From Candidatus Saccharimonadia bacterium (GTDB lineage Bacteria > Patescibacteriota > SICC01), in the NCBI GenBank assembly GCA_025449535.1, contig JANWJF010000001.1, positions 421,136 through 485,135 of the forward strand: a stretch of DNA of 64,000 nucleotides, given 5' to 3'. The notes under the pieces were generated by a model. That model was given only the letters and a program-made list of their open reading frames with translations, was not told the DNA's origin and made no database searches. Shown in pieces: positions 19,305-28,758 of this stretch (its first letter is position 1; the number at the start of each line of letters is the position of its first letter). Position numbers and translations under genes: made by a program.

Positions 19305-20648
19305 CTAGGACTTCCGGACGGGACGGCCAGGGTACGCCCGGGCGACGAGAGCCGCTACCAGCACTCCGCCCAGGAGCAGTCCTTGCGGCAGGCTCCAGAG
19401 GAAATGATCGGCTAGCGCCATCAGCACGAACACGCCGGTCAGCGCGAACAGCATGAACTCAATCGAGCGTTCCTGGCGGTCCCGGGAGGATACCTTGTGG
19501 AACCGGCGACCGAGCCGGACCGCGAACCAGGCCAGCAACGCGCCGCCAAGCAGGCCGAGTTCGGAGACGACCAGCAGCGGCACGTTGTGCACCGGCTGGT
19601 ACTGGTAGGCGGGGCGGGCGGGGTCGGCGGACCGGGCGGCCAGCACGAAGTTGCCCGCGCCGACGCCGAGCGGCTGGTCGGCGATGACCAAGGCGGCCTG
19701 CTCGTACCCAGCCTTACGGTTGGACACGCCGGTCTCCTGGCTCGACTCCACCACGGTCCGGCCCTGCCAGTACGGCGCCAGCAGCAGGGCGACGCAGAGG
19801 GTGATCGCGGCGGCGGCGGCGGCCGGCCAGGGCAGCCGTTGCCAGCGTCGCCAGGAGAAGAGGGCGACCAGGATGCCGCCGACCAGCGTGGCGGCGATCG
19901 CGACGCGGGAAAAGGTCACCAGGAGACCGACACCGAGCAGCACCAGCAGCAGGACGTAGCCGACCTGGGTGCGGCGGGGCCGTGCGCCGTCCTTCCAGAA
20001 GACCACGGTACCCACCCAGAACGCCGCCGCCGCGAGGTACGCCGCGAGGAGGTTCGGATGCGGTAGGCTGCCGTAGGCACGGACGTACGTCTCCCCGTCC
20101 GCGACCAGCTTGGCCACCCCGAAGCGTTCCGGCGCGATGTCGCTCTCACCGAGCCACCACAGGCCGAAGTCACGCTGGAGCAGGAACTGGGCGATGCCCC
20201 AGGCGGCCTGGACAGCTGCGCCGGTCGTGAACGCCCACAGCGCCTGGCGGAGAAACCGGCGGTCGCGGAACTCGTGGGCCAGGACGTACACCAACAGGAA
20301 CGCGACGAAAAGGTGGACCAGGCCGATACCGGCTAGGAACCCCCACGGCGCCCAGAGGATCGTCGCGACGGCCAGGCCGAGCATTCCCAGCAGTGGCAGG
20401 AAGGCGCCCGGGTCGCGGTCGGCCTGGGTCCGGAGCCGGGCCCAGAGCACCGCCGCGACCACGACCAGGACTTCTATCGCGTACAGGGCGGGCACCGCGA
20501 AGCTGTTCCGGACGCCCGCCACCTCGCTTCGCGCCTCGGAGAGGATCAGGACACCGCTGACCGGAAGCAGGAAGAGGACGGCGAGCAGCGCCGCCCGGAC
20601 CGTCCGTTCGAGCTTCGATTTTCCAAGTTCCCTCCAGAGCTGCTGCAT
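19305..20648 (-). CDS. O-antigen ligase-like (Wzy_C) membrane protein
   Basis: Polytopic protein. Third Wzy-like paralog in the locus. Confidence 0.55.
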   Translation of the reverse strand: MQQLWRELGKSKLERTVRAALLAVLFLLPVSGVLILSEARSEVAGVRNSFAVPALYAIEVLVVVAAVLWARLRTQADRDPGAFLPLLGMLGLAVATILWAPWGFLAGIGLVHLFVAFLLVYVLAHEFRDRRFLRQALWAFTTGAAVQAAWGIAQFLLQRDFGLWWLGESDIAPERFGVAKLVADGETYVRAYGSLPHPNLLAAYLAAAAFWVGTVVFWKDGARPRRTQVGYVLLLVLLGVGLLVTFSRVAIAATLVGGILVALFSWRRWQRLPWPAAAAAAITLCVALLLAPYWQGRTVVESSQETGVSNRKAGYEQAALVIADQPLGVGAGNFVLAARSADPARPAYQYQPVHNVPLLVVSELGLLGGALLAWFAVRLGRRFHKVSSRDRQERSIEFMLFALTGVFVLMALADHFLWSLPQGLLLGGVLVAALVARAYPGRPVRKS

Positions 20649-20927
20649 TGGGTCTATTGTAAGCGTTACCGTTTACGGACGCGGGCACGTTCGGAGCAGA
20701 GCATGTTTTATGGACCGGGCACCGTCGACAGCGAGACGTTGCCGATTAATGACGCAACGCACTTTTGTCCGGTGACTTCGGGACGTCTCGCTTGCCGAGG
20801 TGCCCGGTCCCGCCAAACCTCCACGAGGCCCAGGGAGCTCCGGTGGCGGAACGTCCTGAAGCTGCAGGCAAAAACGGCCGACCAGAAGTCTGATCAGCCA
20901 CGTTCCGCGCCGGACGTTCCCTGGGCC

Positions 20928-21380
20928 TTACTCTTCCGTCTTCTTGATCATCACCCGACGGCCACCGCCCTCGCCGATGGACTCGGTGGTCACCTCCGGG
21001 TCGTCGCGGAGTTCCACGTGCACGAGGCGCCGTTCGTACGAGGTCATCGGCGCCAGCACCGCCAGCCGACCGGTCTTCTTCACTTCCTCGGCCTTGGCCT
21101 TGGCGGTCTCCTTGAGCTGCTCCTGCTGGCGGCTCCGGTAGCCGTCGACGTCGACGATCGCGGTCGGCGATCCGCCGGCCCGCGCGGTCATCACCCGCAG
21201 CACGTGCTGGAGGGACCGGACGACCTCGCCCCGGTGGCCGATCAGCGCGCCCGGGTCCTCGGCGCCGATCTCCAGCAGCGGCGGATCGTCCTCGCGCTGC
21301 TCCACCGTGGCATCGATGCCCATCTTGGCCAGGATCTCGGCCAAAATCTCGCGGGGCTGGGTCAGGGTCTTCGTGGTCAC
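20928..21380 (-). CDS. khpB: RNA-binding protein Jag/KhpB (R3H domain)
   Basis: R3H motif YERRLVH. Gene position downstream of yidC. Confidence 0.75.
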   Translation of the reverse strand: MTTKTLTQPREILAEILAKMGIDATVEQREDDPPLLEIGAEDPGALIGHRGEVVRSLQHVLRVMTARAGGSPTAIVDVDGYRSRQQEQLKETAKAKAEEVKKTGRLAVLAPMTSYERRLVHVELRDDPEVTTESIGEGGGRRVMIKKTEE

Positions 21381-22219
21381 TTACCGCTCCGCTTCCGGAC
21401 GGTCACGTTGGCGCCGCCCTTCTTCTTCACCGTACCCTTGCCTTCGATCACCTTGGTCTTCTTGGCCTTGCCGTCCACCGGATCATCGGGGTTCGCGACG
21501 TTCCAGTCCTTCTCCGCCTCGGCCTTGGCCGTAGCCAACGGCATCTTCTTGATGATGTAGTACTGCTGGGCGATGGTGAAGATCGTCGAACTGGCCCAGT
21601 AGAGCGGCAGCGCCGCCGGCAGCGTCACCGAGAAGACCAGGGTCAGGATCGGGAAGAGCAGCATCATCTGCCGGTTCATGCCGGGCATTTCCACGCCCTT
21701 CGGCGTCAGCATGCGCGATTGCCAGTACATCACCCCCGCGGTGACCATGCCAAGGATGACGTTGGAAGGATGGACGCCGACGGTCGAGAGATCGAGCACG
21801 CCGAGGAAGGTCGGGTCGACCGTGCCCGGGTTGGCGACGAACGAATAGAGGTGGTCGAAGGCCTTGCCGGCGACGAGGTCCTTGATCGCGAAGAAGATCA
21901 CGATCAGGAAGGGGATCTGGACCAGCGTCGGCAGGCAGGAGGAGGTCGGGTTGATGCCTTCCTTCTTGTAGAAGGCCATCATCTCCTTGGCGAGCGTCTC
22001 ACGGTCGTCCTTGTGCTTCGCCTGGAGCTTCTTCAGCTCGGGCTGCAGCGCCTGCATCCGCCGCTGGGCCTTGAAGGCCTTGGCGGAGAACGGTCCGACG
22101 GCGATCCGGACCGCCAGCGTCACCAGGATGATCGCGATGCCGAAGTCGCCGGTCAGGTTATAGAGCCCCACCAGGGCGTTGAATATCGGGTCGAAGAATA
22201 TCGTCTTGAGCAAGTCCAT
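21377..22219 (-). CDS. yidC: membrane protein insertase YidC
   Basis: YidC/Oxa1 core. Synteny rnpA-yidD-yidC-jag. Confidence 0.85.
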   Translation of the reverse strand: MDLLKTIFFDPIFNALVGLYNLTGDFGIAIILVTLAVRIAVGPFSAKAFKAQRRMQALQPELKKLQAKHKDDRETLAKEMMAFYKKEGINPTSSCLPTLVQIPFLIVIFFAIKDLVAGKAFDHLYSFVANPGTVDPTFLGVLDLSTVGVHPSNVILGMVTAGVMYWQSRMLTPKGVEMPGMNRQMMLLFPILTLVFSVTLPAALPLYWASSTIFTIAQQYYIIKKMPLATAKAEAEKDWNVANPDDPVDGKAKKTKVIEGKGTVKKKGGANVTVRKRSGK

Positions 22220-22222
22220 GGA

Positions 22223-22459
22223 TTACCTCCGTACCGGATCGAAGCCGCCGGCCGCGTGCGGGTGGCAGCGGGCGATCCGCTTAGTTGCAAGTCTGGTCCC
22301 TTCGATAAGTCCGTGCCGGTCGATCGCCTGCTTGGCGTACTCCGAGCAGGTCGGATGGAAGCGGCAGGTGCCGTACGGCTTACGCGACCGCAGCCAGCCG
22401 TGGTCGGCGGACAGGGTCTTCTGATAGACGCTGATCAGGATGACGGCGAACCGCTTCAT
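22223..22459 (-). CDS. yidD: membrane protein insertion efficiency factor YidD
   Basis: 78 aa with conserved HGW...GYDPVP-like motifs. Confidence 0.85.
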   Translation of the reverse strand: MKRFAVILISVYQKTLSADHGWLRSRKPYGTCRFHPTCSEYAKQAIDRHGLIEGTRLATKRIARCHPHAAGGFDPVRR

Positions 22460-22809
22460 CGGAGCGCCCCCGCCTGCTTCAGCAGCCCCTCGAGTTCCGT
22501 GCGGAGCTCGTCGGAGCCGGCCCTGGTCGCCGGGCGCTTCGCCGAGACGACGATCTCGACCGCGGCCAGGTCCAGGCCGCGGATAATCTCCCGGAGCCGA
22601 CGGCGCACGCGGTTGCGGTCGGTCGCCTTCAGGCTGACCGTTTTGCCAACGGTGAAGCCCGCCTTGGCCCGATCCGCGTCGGCGGCCCGGACGGACAGGA
22701 GCTTCCCGTGGGCCGCGCGGCCCACGGCGAACACCCGATCGAACTCCGCGCGGGTCCGGAGCCGGTTCGTCCGGTCGGCTTGTCCGGACGGGTAAGGCCT
22801 CGCCAGCAT
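22456..22809 (-). CDS. rnpA: ribonuclease P protein component
   Basis: RnpA family. Start set to the internal ATG (MLARPYPS). Confidence 0.8.
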   Translation of the reverse strand: MLARPYPSGQADRTNRLRTRAEFDRVFAVGRAAHGKLLSVRAADADRAKAGFTVGKTVSLKATDRNRVRRRLREIIRGLDLAAVEIVVSAKRPATRAGSDELRTELEGLLKQAGALR

Positions 22810-22823
22810 CAGCGCTCCCGCGA

Positions 22824-22967
22824 TCACCCGTTCACCGTCAGGCGCTTGCGCCCTTTGGCCCGCCGACGGGCCAGGACCGCTTGGCCGTCCTTGGTCCGCA
22901 TGCGCTTCCGGAACCCGTGCTTGCGGGCCCGTCGGCGCTTGGACGGTTGGTACGTTCGTTTGACCAT
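22824..22967 (-). CDS. rpmH: 50S ribosomal protein L34
   Basis: [43 protein letters not shown]. Confidence 0.9.
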   Translation of the reverse strand: MVKRTYQPSKRRRARKHGFRKRMRTKDGQAVLARRRAKGRKRLTVNG

Positions 22968-23123
22968 ACCCAGACAGTATACCCAACTTTGCCCGGCCGC
23001 TCCGGCATCTCCGCCCGGATGGCCGGACGCCGCCGATGCCGGCGTCGTGTATCCTGTGAATTGTCTGGTATCATTGCTAAGCCGACAGCAGAGACCGACC
23101 GCTGTCACATCCCAAACGCATCT

Positions 23124-24470
23124 ATGGACCCCAAAAAAATTTGGCAGGCCGTTCTTGGTGAACTTCAGGTGACGATGTCACGTCCTAACTTCTCGACATG
23201 GCTGAAGAACACGGAACTGCTGGATATCCGCGGCACCACCGCCCAGATTATGGTCCCGAGCGTCTTCGCCAAAGAGTGGCTGAAGCGCAAGTTCAACGAG
23301 GACATCCTCGCCGCCTTGCAAAAACAGGTCCCAGAGGTGGGCAAGCTCGACTTCCGGATCGGTCGGCCGCAGGAGACTCCGTCGAAGGGGGCCGCTCCCT
23401 CGGAAACGGACGACTTCGAACCCGCCCCGGCTCCCATGGCGAACGTCGCCAAGCCGACCCCCCAGGTCCGCTGCACGTTCGACAACTTCGTCGTCTCGAA
23501 CTCCAACCAGCTAGCCCACGCCGCGGCCAAGGCGGTCGCCCAGAACCCCGGCACCACCTACAACCCGTTGTTCATCTACGGACCGGTGGGGCTCGGCAAG
23601 ACCCATCTGATCCGGGCGATCGGCACGGAGATCCGCCACCGCACGGACAAGGAGGTCCTCTACGTCACCGCCGAGAAGTTCACCAACGAGGTGATCTCGG
23701 CGATCCAGGCCAATAAGACCGCCCGGCTCAAGAGCCGCTACCGCAAGGTAGACGTCCTGATGATCGACGACATCCAGTTCATGGCCGGCAAGGTCCAGAC
23801 CCAGGAGGAATTCTTCCATACGTTCAACGCGCTCCGCGACGCGGAGAAGCAGATCGTCCTGACCTCCGACCGTCCGCCGAAGGCGATCGCCACGCTCGAG
23901 GAGCGGCTGATGAGCCGCCTCACCATGGGCATGATCGCCGACCTCGGACCGCCGGAACTCGAGACGCGTATCGCGATCCTCCGCACCAAGGCCAAGGAAC
24001 GCGGCTACGACATCTCCGACGAGGTCTGCGAGTTCATCGCCAAGGCGTTCCAGCAGAACGTCCGCGAGCTCGAGGGCGCCTTGATTCGAGTGGCCGCCAA
24101 CGCCGAGCTGATCGGCGAGCCGCTGTCCGTGGAGCTGGCGGAACGCGTGCTCGGCTCGATGTTGGCCTCCCGCGAGCACAAGAAGATCTCCACCGACGAG
24201 GTGCTCGAGGCCGTGGCCAAGTTTTACGACGTCAGTGTGGACGACCTGAAGGGTCCGAAGCGGCTCAAGGAGATCGTCAAACCGCGTCAGATGGTGATGT
24301 ACCTCTTGCGCGAGGAGTCGAACCTGTCTTACCCGAAGATCGGCCGGGAGCTCGGCGGACGCGACCATACCACCGTCATCCACGCCGTCGGCAAGATCGG
24401 CACCGCTACCGAGGTCGACGAGCCGCTCCGCCGTGAGCTCAGCCTGATCAAAGAACGACTCTACGGATAA
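23124..24470 (+). CDS. dnaA: chromosomal replication initiator DnaA
   Basis: AAA+ box [10 protein letters not shown] and C-terminal DNA-binding domain. Start at MDPKKIW. Confidence 0.95.
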   Translation: MDPKKIWQAVLGELQVTMSRPNFSTWLKNTELLDIRGTTAQIMVPSVFAKEWLKRKFNEDILAALQKQVPEVGKLDFRIGRPQETPSKGAAPSETDDFEPAPAPMANVAKPTPQVRCTFDNFVVSNSNQLAHAAAKAVAQNPGTTYNPLFIYGPVGLGKTHLIRAIGTEIRHRTDKEVLYVTAEKFTNEVISAIQANKTARLKSRYRKVDVLMIDDIQFMAGKVQTQEEFFHTFNALRDAEKQIVLTSDRPPKAIATLEERLMSRLTMGMIADLGPPELETRIAILRTKAKERGYDISDEVCEFIAKAFQQNVRELEGALIRVAANAELIGEPLSVELAERVLGSMLASREHKKISTDEVLEAVAKFYDVSVDDLKGPKRLKEIVKPRQMVMYLLREESNLSYPKIGRELGGRDHTTVIHAVGKIGTATEVDEPLRRELSLIKERLYG

Positions 24471-24738
24471 CCATGTTGAGAACCATGTGTATGACCTGGG
24501 AATCAGTTGTGTATCCCGGGTACGTTTCTGTGGGTGAATCCGAACCGATTCGGCACGTCAGGTTTGCCTCTGGATTATCGACGCGTCATCCACAGGGCGA
24601 TGGGGATGGCGATTCGTTATGATAGAGATACTTTCCGACGCTTTCCCCGTTTCCCCAGAACCTACTGCAACTACTGGATTTATATAAGAAAGGAATCACC
24701 CGGGATGTGCATAGCCTAATCTCGAACCGGCACTGTGT
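24471..24738. other. putative oriC (dnaA-dnaN intergenic region)
   Basis: TCATCCACA (1 mismatch to the TTATCCACA DnaA box) near 24587, plus weaker box-like TGTGGGTGA. Pronounced AT-rich stretch ctggatttatataagaaaggaat (about 24673-24697) in an otherwise 65% GC genome. Confidence 0.4.
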
Positions 24739-25830
24739 ATGAAACTCGTAACCACTCAAGACCAACTCGCCAAGGCCCTCAGCTCCGTCAGCCGGATGGT
24801 GAACCCACGCGGCACCCTGTCCGTGCTGGCCAACGTCCTGCTTGAGACCAAGGACGGCCGACTCCGGATCTCCTCCACCAACCTCGAACTGGGGATCGAC
24901 TACTCGATTGGGGCGAAGATCGAGCAGGGGGGGTCGATCACCGTTCCCGCCCGGTTGTTCACCGACTATGTGAACAACCTCGGCGAGGAGAAGCTTGAGC
25001 TGTCGACCAAGGACCAGACCCTGGTGATCAAGAGCACCGGCGCGCAGTCGACGATCAACGGCATCGCCGCCAGCGAATTCCCGGTGATCCCGGAAGTGAA
25101 GGACGGCAAGTCGGTCACCGTGTCCGCCGCCGGCATCAAGGACATCATCCAGAAGGTCGCGATCGCGGCCGCCAGCGACGAGACGCGGCCGATCCTCTCC
25201 GGCGTCCTCTTCCACTTCAAGGACCCGGAGCTCAAGGTCGCGGCCACCGACAGCTACCGGTTGGCGGAACTATCGATGCAATTCGAGAAGTCCGCGCCGG
25301 AGGAGCTCAAGGTCGTCGTACCGGCCAAGGCGCTGGCGGAGCTGGGACGCATCGTCGAGACGGAGGAAGTCACCGTCCGGACGGCCGAGAACCAGGTCCA
25401 GTTCGAGACCGAGCACGTCCGGCTGGTCAGCCGGCTGCTCGAAGGCGAGTTCCCCAAGTACGACCAGATCGTCCCCGAGAAGCTGACCACCAAGGCGGTC
25501 GTGAAGCGCGAGGAGTTGATGGGCAAGATCCGGATCGCCTCGCTGTTCTCCGAGGACGCGGGGTTCGGCGTACGGCTCTCGTTCGTCGCTCCCGGCAAGG
25601 TCGAGGTCGCCGCGGAGACGGCCCAGGTCGGCGATTCGCACAGTTCGCTGTCCGGCAAGGTCAGCGGCCCGGAGAACACCGTCGCGTTCAACGCGCGGTA
25701 CCTGCTGGACGGCCTCAATGCCGTCGGCGGCGAGACGATTACGGTCGAGAGCGATGGCAAGCTGAACCCCTGCGTGGTCCGCGGCAAGGCCAAGGATTAC
25801 CTCTACGTCGTGATGCCGCTGCGGGTGTGA
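24739..25830 (+). CDS. dnaN: DNA polymerase III beta sliding clamp
   Basis: Three-domain beta-clamp, 363 aa. Confidence 0.95.
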   Translation: MKLVTTQDQLAKALSSVSRMVNPRGTLSVLANVLLETKDGRLRISSTNLELGIDYSIGAKIEQGGSITVPARLFTDYVNNLGEEKLELSTKDQTLVIKSTGAQSTINGIAASEFPVIPEVKDGKSVTVSAAGIKDIIQKVAIAAASDETRPILSGVLFHFKDPELKVAATDSYRLAELSMQFEKSAPEELKVVVPAKALAELGRIVETEEVTVRTAENQVQFETEHVRLVSRLLEGEFPKYDQIVPEKLTTKAVVKREELMGKIRIASLFSEDAGFGVRLSFVAPGKVEVAAETAQVGDSHSSLSGKVSGPENTVAFNARYLLDGLNAVGGETITVESDGKLNPCVVRGKAKDYLYVVMPLRV

Positions 25831-25933
25831 GCGGACGCGGTAGACTGAGAGTATCGCGCTTACCCTCACCAAACTGACGCTCCGTAACTTCCGTAGTTAC
25901 CGGCAAGCGGCGTTCTCGTTCGCGCCGCGGACG

Positions 25934-26944
25934 GTGATCGTCGGACCCAACGCTGCCGGCAAGACCAACCTCCTGGAAGCGGCGTTCCTGTTCTCCGCCG
26001 GCAAAAGCTTCCGGGCCGGTCGGGAGTCGGAGATGGTGACCTGGGGGGAATCGACAGCCCGGGTGGAGGCCGCGTTCGCAGGCGGGTCCCGGCATAAGGC
26101 GGCTCTCACGCTGGACGCGTCCGGCCGGGTGATCAGGAAGTCGTTCGAGCTCGATGGCAAGGCCAAGCCGACCAAGGAGCTGCGGCGCCGGTTCCCGATG
26201 GTGCTCTTCTCGGCCGAGGACGGCCGGTTGGTGGACGGCTCGCCGGGCCGCCGCCGACGGGCGCTGGACCTGGTGGTCGGCCAGGGGTCGGCGGCCTACC
26301 AGGACGCGCTCTCGAAGTACAACCGGGCGTTGGCTTCCCGGAATCGGTTGCTCGAGCAGATCGCGGCGCGGGAGGCGTCCGAGGCCGAGCTCGACGTCTG
26401 GGACGTGCAGTTGGCCGAAGCCGGCACACAAGTGGTCGACGGGCGCGCGGAATACGTCGGTTCGTCCGCGGATCCGCTGCGGAACGCATACGACGCGTTG
26501 ACCAAGCGATCGGGCCACGCCGCCGGCCGGTTGTCGGTCGCCTACGAGCCGGTCGCGGACTTCGAGGCGCTACTGCGCTCCCGACGCGGCCAGGACATCG
26601 CCATCGGGACCACCTCCGCCGGCCCGCATCGCGACGACTGGTCGATCCTGCTCGACGGCCGGGCTTTGGCCTCGTTCGGGTCGGGCGGCGAGTTCCGGAG
26701 CGCCGCGCTGGCCTGGCGACTGGCGGAAGCGGCCTGGCTGGCGGCGGTCACGGAGCGGGAGCCGATCCTGCTGCTCGACGACGTCTTCTCCGAGCTTGAC
26801 CACGCCCGCGCGAAATCGCTCCAAGACGCCTTGCCGGACGGACAGTCGGTGATCACCACCCCGGAGCCGTCCGAGGTCCCTGGCGCCCTGCGCGAGGGGG
26901 CCGAGGTAATCGAGATAGAACCGAAGGAGCGGGTCGATGCGTAA
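25934..26944 (+). CDS. recF: DNA replication and repair protein RecF
   Basis: Walker A GPNAAGKTN, ABC signature and D-loop LLLDDVFSELD. Conserved N-terminal residues lie upstream with no canonical start; a GTG start is assumed here. Confidence 0.85.
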   Translation: MIVGPNAAGKTNLLEAAFLFSAGKSFRAGRESEMVTWGESTARVEAAFAGGSRHKAALTLDASGRVIRKSFELDGKAKPTKELRRRFPMVLFSAEDGRLVDGSPGRRRRALDLVVGQGSAAYQDALSKYNRALASRNRLLEQIAAREASEAELDVWDVQLAEAGTQVVDGRAEYVGSSADPLRNAYDALTKRSGHAAGRLSVAYEPVADFEALLRSRRGQDIAIGTTSAGPHRDDWSILLDGRALASFGSGGEFRSAALAWRLAEAAWLAAVTEREPILLLDDVFSELDHARAKSLQDALPDGQSVITTPEPSEVPGALREGAEVIEIEPKERVDA

Positions 26945-27275
26945 GGGAACGGGCTTCCGGACCGTCTCCGACCTGCTTCCCGACCGGCTCAACCGGCTGC
27001 GCATCCGTAAGCCCGTGGAGGCCAGCGCGGTTTGCCGCGCCTGCGACGCTGCGCTCGGCAAGACGTTCGACCACGGCGTGCCGATGCGGGCCGTCTCCTT
27101 CCGGAACGGCACGGTGAACGTGGCGGTGATCAGCCCGGCCTGGTCGCACGAACTGACCGCGGCTGCCGACGAGGTCATCGAGCATACCAACACGGAACTT
27201 GGAAAGAAGGCCGTGACGAAGCTCCGCACACGGGTGGCGCCAGGACTGGCCCGCGGCGAGGATCAGATCACTTAG
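26937..27275 (+). CDS. DUF721/DciA-like protein
   Basis: About 110 aa, canonical position after recF. 8-nt overlap with recF. Confidence 0.6.
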   Translation: MRKGTGFRTVSDLLPDRLNRLRIRKPVEASAVCRACDAALGKTFDHGVPMRAVSFRNGTVNVAVISPAWSHELTAAADEVIEHTNTELGKKAVTKLRTRVAPGLARGEDQIT

Positions 27276-27622
27276 AGCCGCTTGAACTGGTCGACGTCGA
27301 GCACGAAGACGGTCGCGCCGCCGACGGTCACGTCCACCGGGTCGGCCATATAGAAGTCGCCCGGCCCGCCCATGGTCGGAGTCGGGGCCAGCGTCTCCTC
27401 GTGGCTCCTGGCCGATTTGCCGACGATCTCGCAGACCTTCGCGACGTTCTTCGGTTCTGTGCCGACCAGGATGATCGCGTTCTTCTCCTTGAGGAACCCG
27501 CCGACCGAGTCGATCCGAGTCGCCCGGAAATCACCCTTGGTCAGCGCGGCGACGGTCTTCTCGGCGTCGTCCTTGCTGACGATCGCGAGCACGAGCTTCA
27601 TCTGCTTGCCGGCTGGACTCAT
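27272..27622 (-). CDS. darA: cyclic-di-AMP receptor DarA/PstA (PII-like, DUF970)
   Basis: Strong similarity to the YaaQ/PstA pattern: MKLVLAIV...FRATRIDSVGGFL...GGATVFVLDVDQF. Confidence 0.8.
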   Translation of the reverse strand: MSPAGKQMKLVLAIVSKDDAEKTVAALTKGDFRATRIDSVGGFLKEKNAIILVGTEPKNVAKVCEIVGKSARSHEETLAPTPTMGGPGDFYMADPVDVTVGGATVFVLDVDQFKRL

Positions 27623-27644
27623 GCCTCAAGGGTAGCAGAAGGGC

Positions 27645-28703
27645 TTACTTGGGGAAGTCTATGTGCCAATGCTGGGCACCCGGGCAGACTTCGTAATTGT
27701 TCGTGCCTCCGTATTTCTTGGCGACTTCGTGAATTTTTTCGATATTCCGGGTACTGCACGTGAGGTCCAAGGCCTCGCCGCGGTAATGCGGGGATTCCGC
27801 ACTAGAGTGGCACTTATCGGTGATGTTGCTGATGTCCACGTAGGCTCCTTGGTTCGATGCCTCGATGATCGCCTTGAGGATGTCCGGGTTGACGTCGACG
27901 TTCTTCGGGCCGCCATGTGCACGGCACGTCATCTGGAATTCCTGGCCGTTGGCAGCGCGCTTCAGCTGCGCCATCGTGTCGCCGGTGTCGCTCTTGTAGC
28001 TCTGGCCGATCTTGCCGCCCTTAATCAGGGAAAGGACCTGCTGAGCAAGCTCCTGGACGTTGCCGGATACCGTGCCTCCGCCGGCACCGGGACTGCAGTC
28101 GGCCCCTCTGGTAGTCGACCCCCCGCCTCCGGTGGCGGGGACGTGATGCTTCTCAGCATGCTTCATGACGTCGTCGGCGTAGCCGTACCCGGCAGCCTTT
28201 TTCGTCGGTCCGGCGTTGTATGAAGCCAGCGCGTCCCGCCAGTCGTTCTTCGCATTGAATCCCTTGAGGATCTTGGCGGCAGCGTAGATCGCGTCGGCTT
28301 CGTTCATGATGTCCTTCTTGCCGTCGCCGTCGCCGTCCACGCCATAGGTGTCCCAGTAATCCGAGCCGATGGCCATCGGCCCGACGTAGGGCCCGCTGGT
28401 GGCGACGTTCGTACTGAAGCTGGTCTCGTGGAAGTGGATGCCTGCCAGCATCGACGGTCCCTTGTCGCCAAGGCCGAACTGGGCGGCCGCCCCTTGGTAG
28501 AACGGGATGAACTTGCCTGGAATCGGACCAATGTTGCCTGGTCCGGTAGAACCGTCCCCAGTGTCGGCCACGGTGGACGTGTCGTCAGGGCCGCAGTCCG
28601 CGAGACCGCCGCCGCCGATCGCGAGCGCGAACGCAGCGATGATCAACGGGACGATCAGGACGATCCCCGCTACGAGCAGCCCGATGCCGATCCACTTACT
28701 CAT
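27645..28703 (-). CDS. membrane-anchored bifunctional cell-wall hydrolase (lytic transglycosylase-like N-domain + LAS/M15-type zinc peptidase C-domain)
   Basis: N-terminal TM. GIHFHETSF...YNAG SLT-like block. C-terminal SPHYRGEALD ... QHWH (H-x6-D ... H-x-H zinc ligands). Confidence 0.55.
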   Translation of the reverse strand: MSKWIGIGLLVAGIVLIVPLIIAAFALAIGGGGLADCGPDDTSTVADTGDGSTGPGNIGPIPGKFIPFYQGAAAQFGLGDKGPSMLAGIHFHETSFSTNVATSGPYVGPMAIGSDYWDTYGVDGDGDGKKDIMNEADAIYAAAKILKGFNAKNDWRDALASYNAGPTKKAAGYGYADDVMKHAEKHHVPATGGGGSTTRGADCSPGAGGGTVSGNVQELAQQVLSLIKGGKIGQSYKSDTGDTMAQLKRAANGQEFQMTCRAHGGPKNVDVNPDILKAIIEASNQGAYVDISNITDKCHSSAESPHYRGEALDLTCSTRNIEKIHEVAKKYGGTNNYEVCPGAQHWHIDFPK

Positions 28704-28758
28704 GGGATCCCTCGTGGCGCGTCTTGCTTGCTGTGTTCGGTGAAATCATGATGCGTCC

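Noticed and set aside
22968-23123. oriC in the rpmH-dnaA spacer
   Set aside because: Only 156 bp, with no good DnaA-box matches and no AT-rich unwinding element. The dnaA-dnaN spacer is the better candidate.
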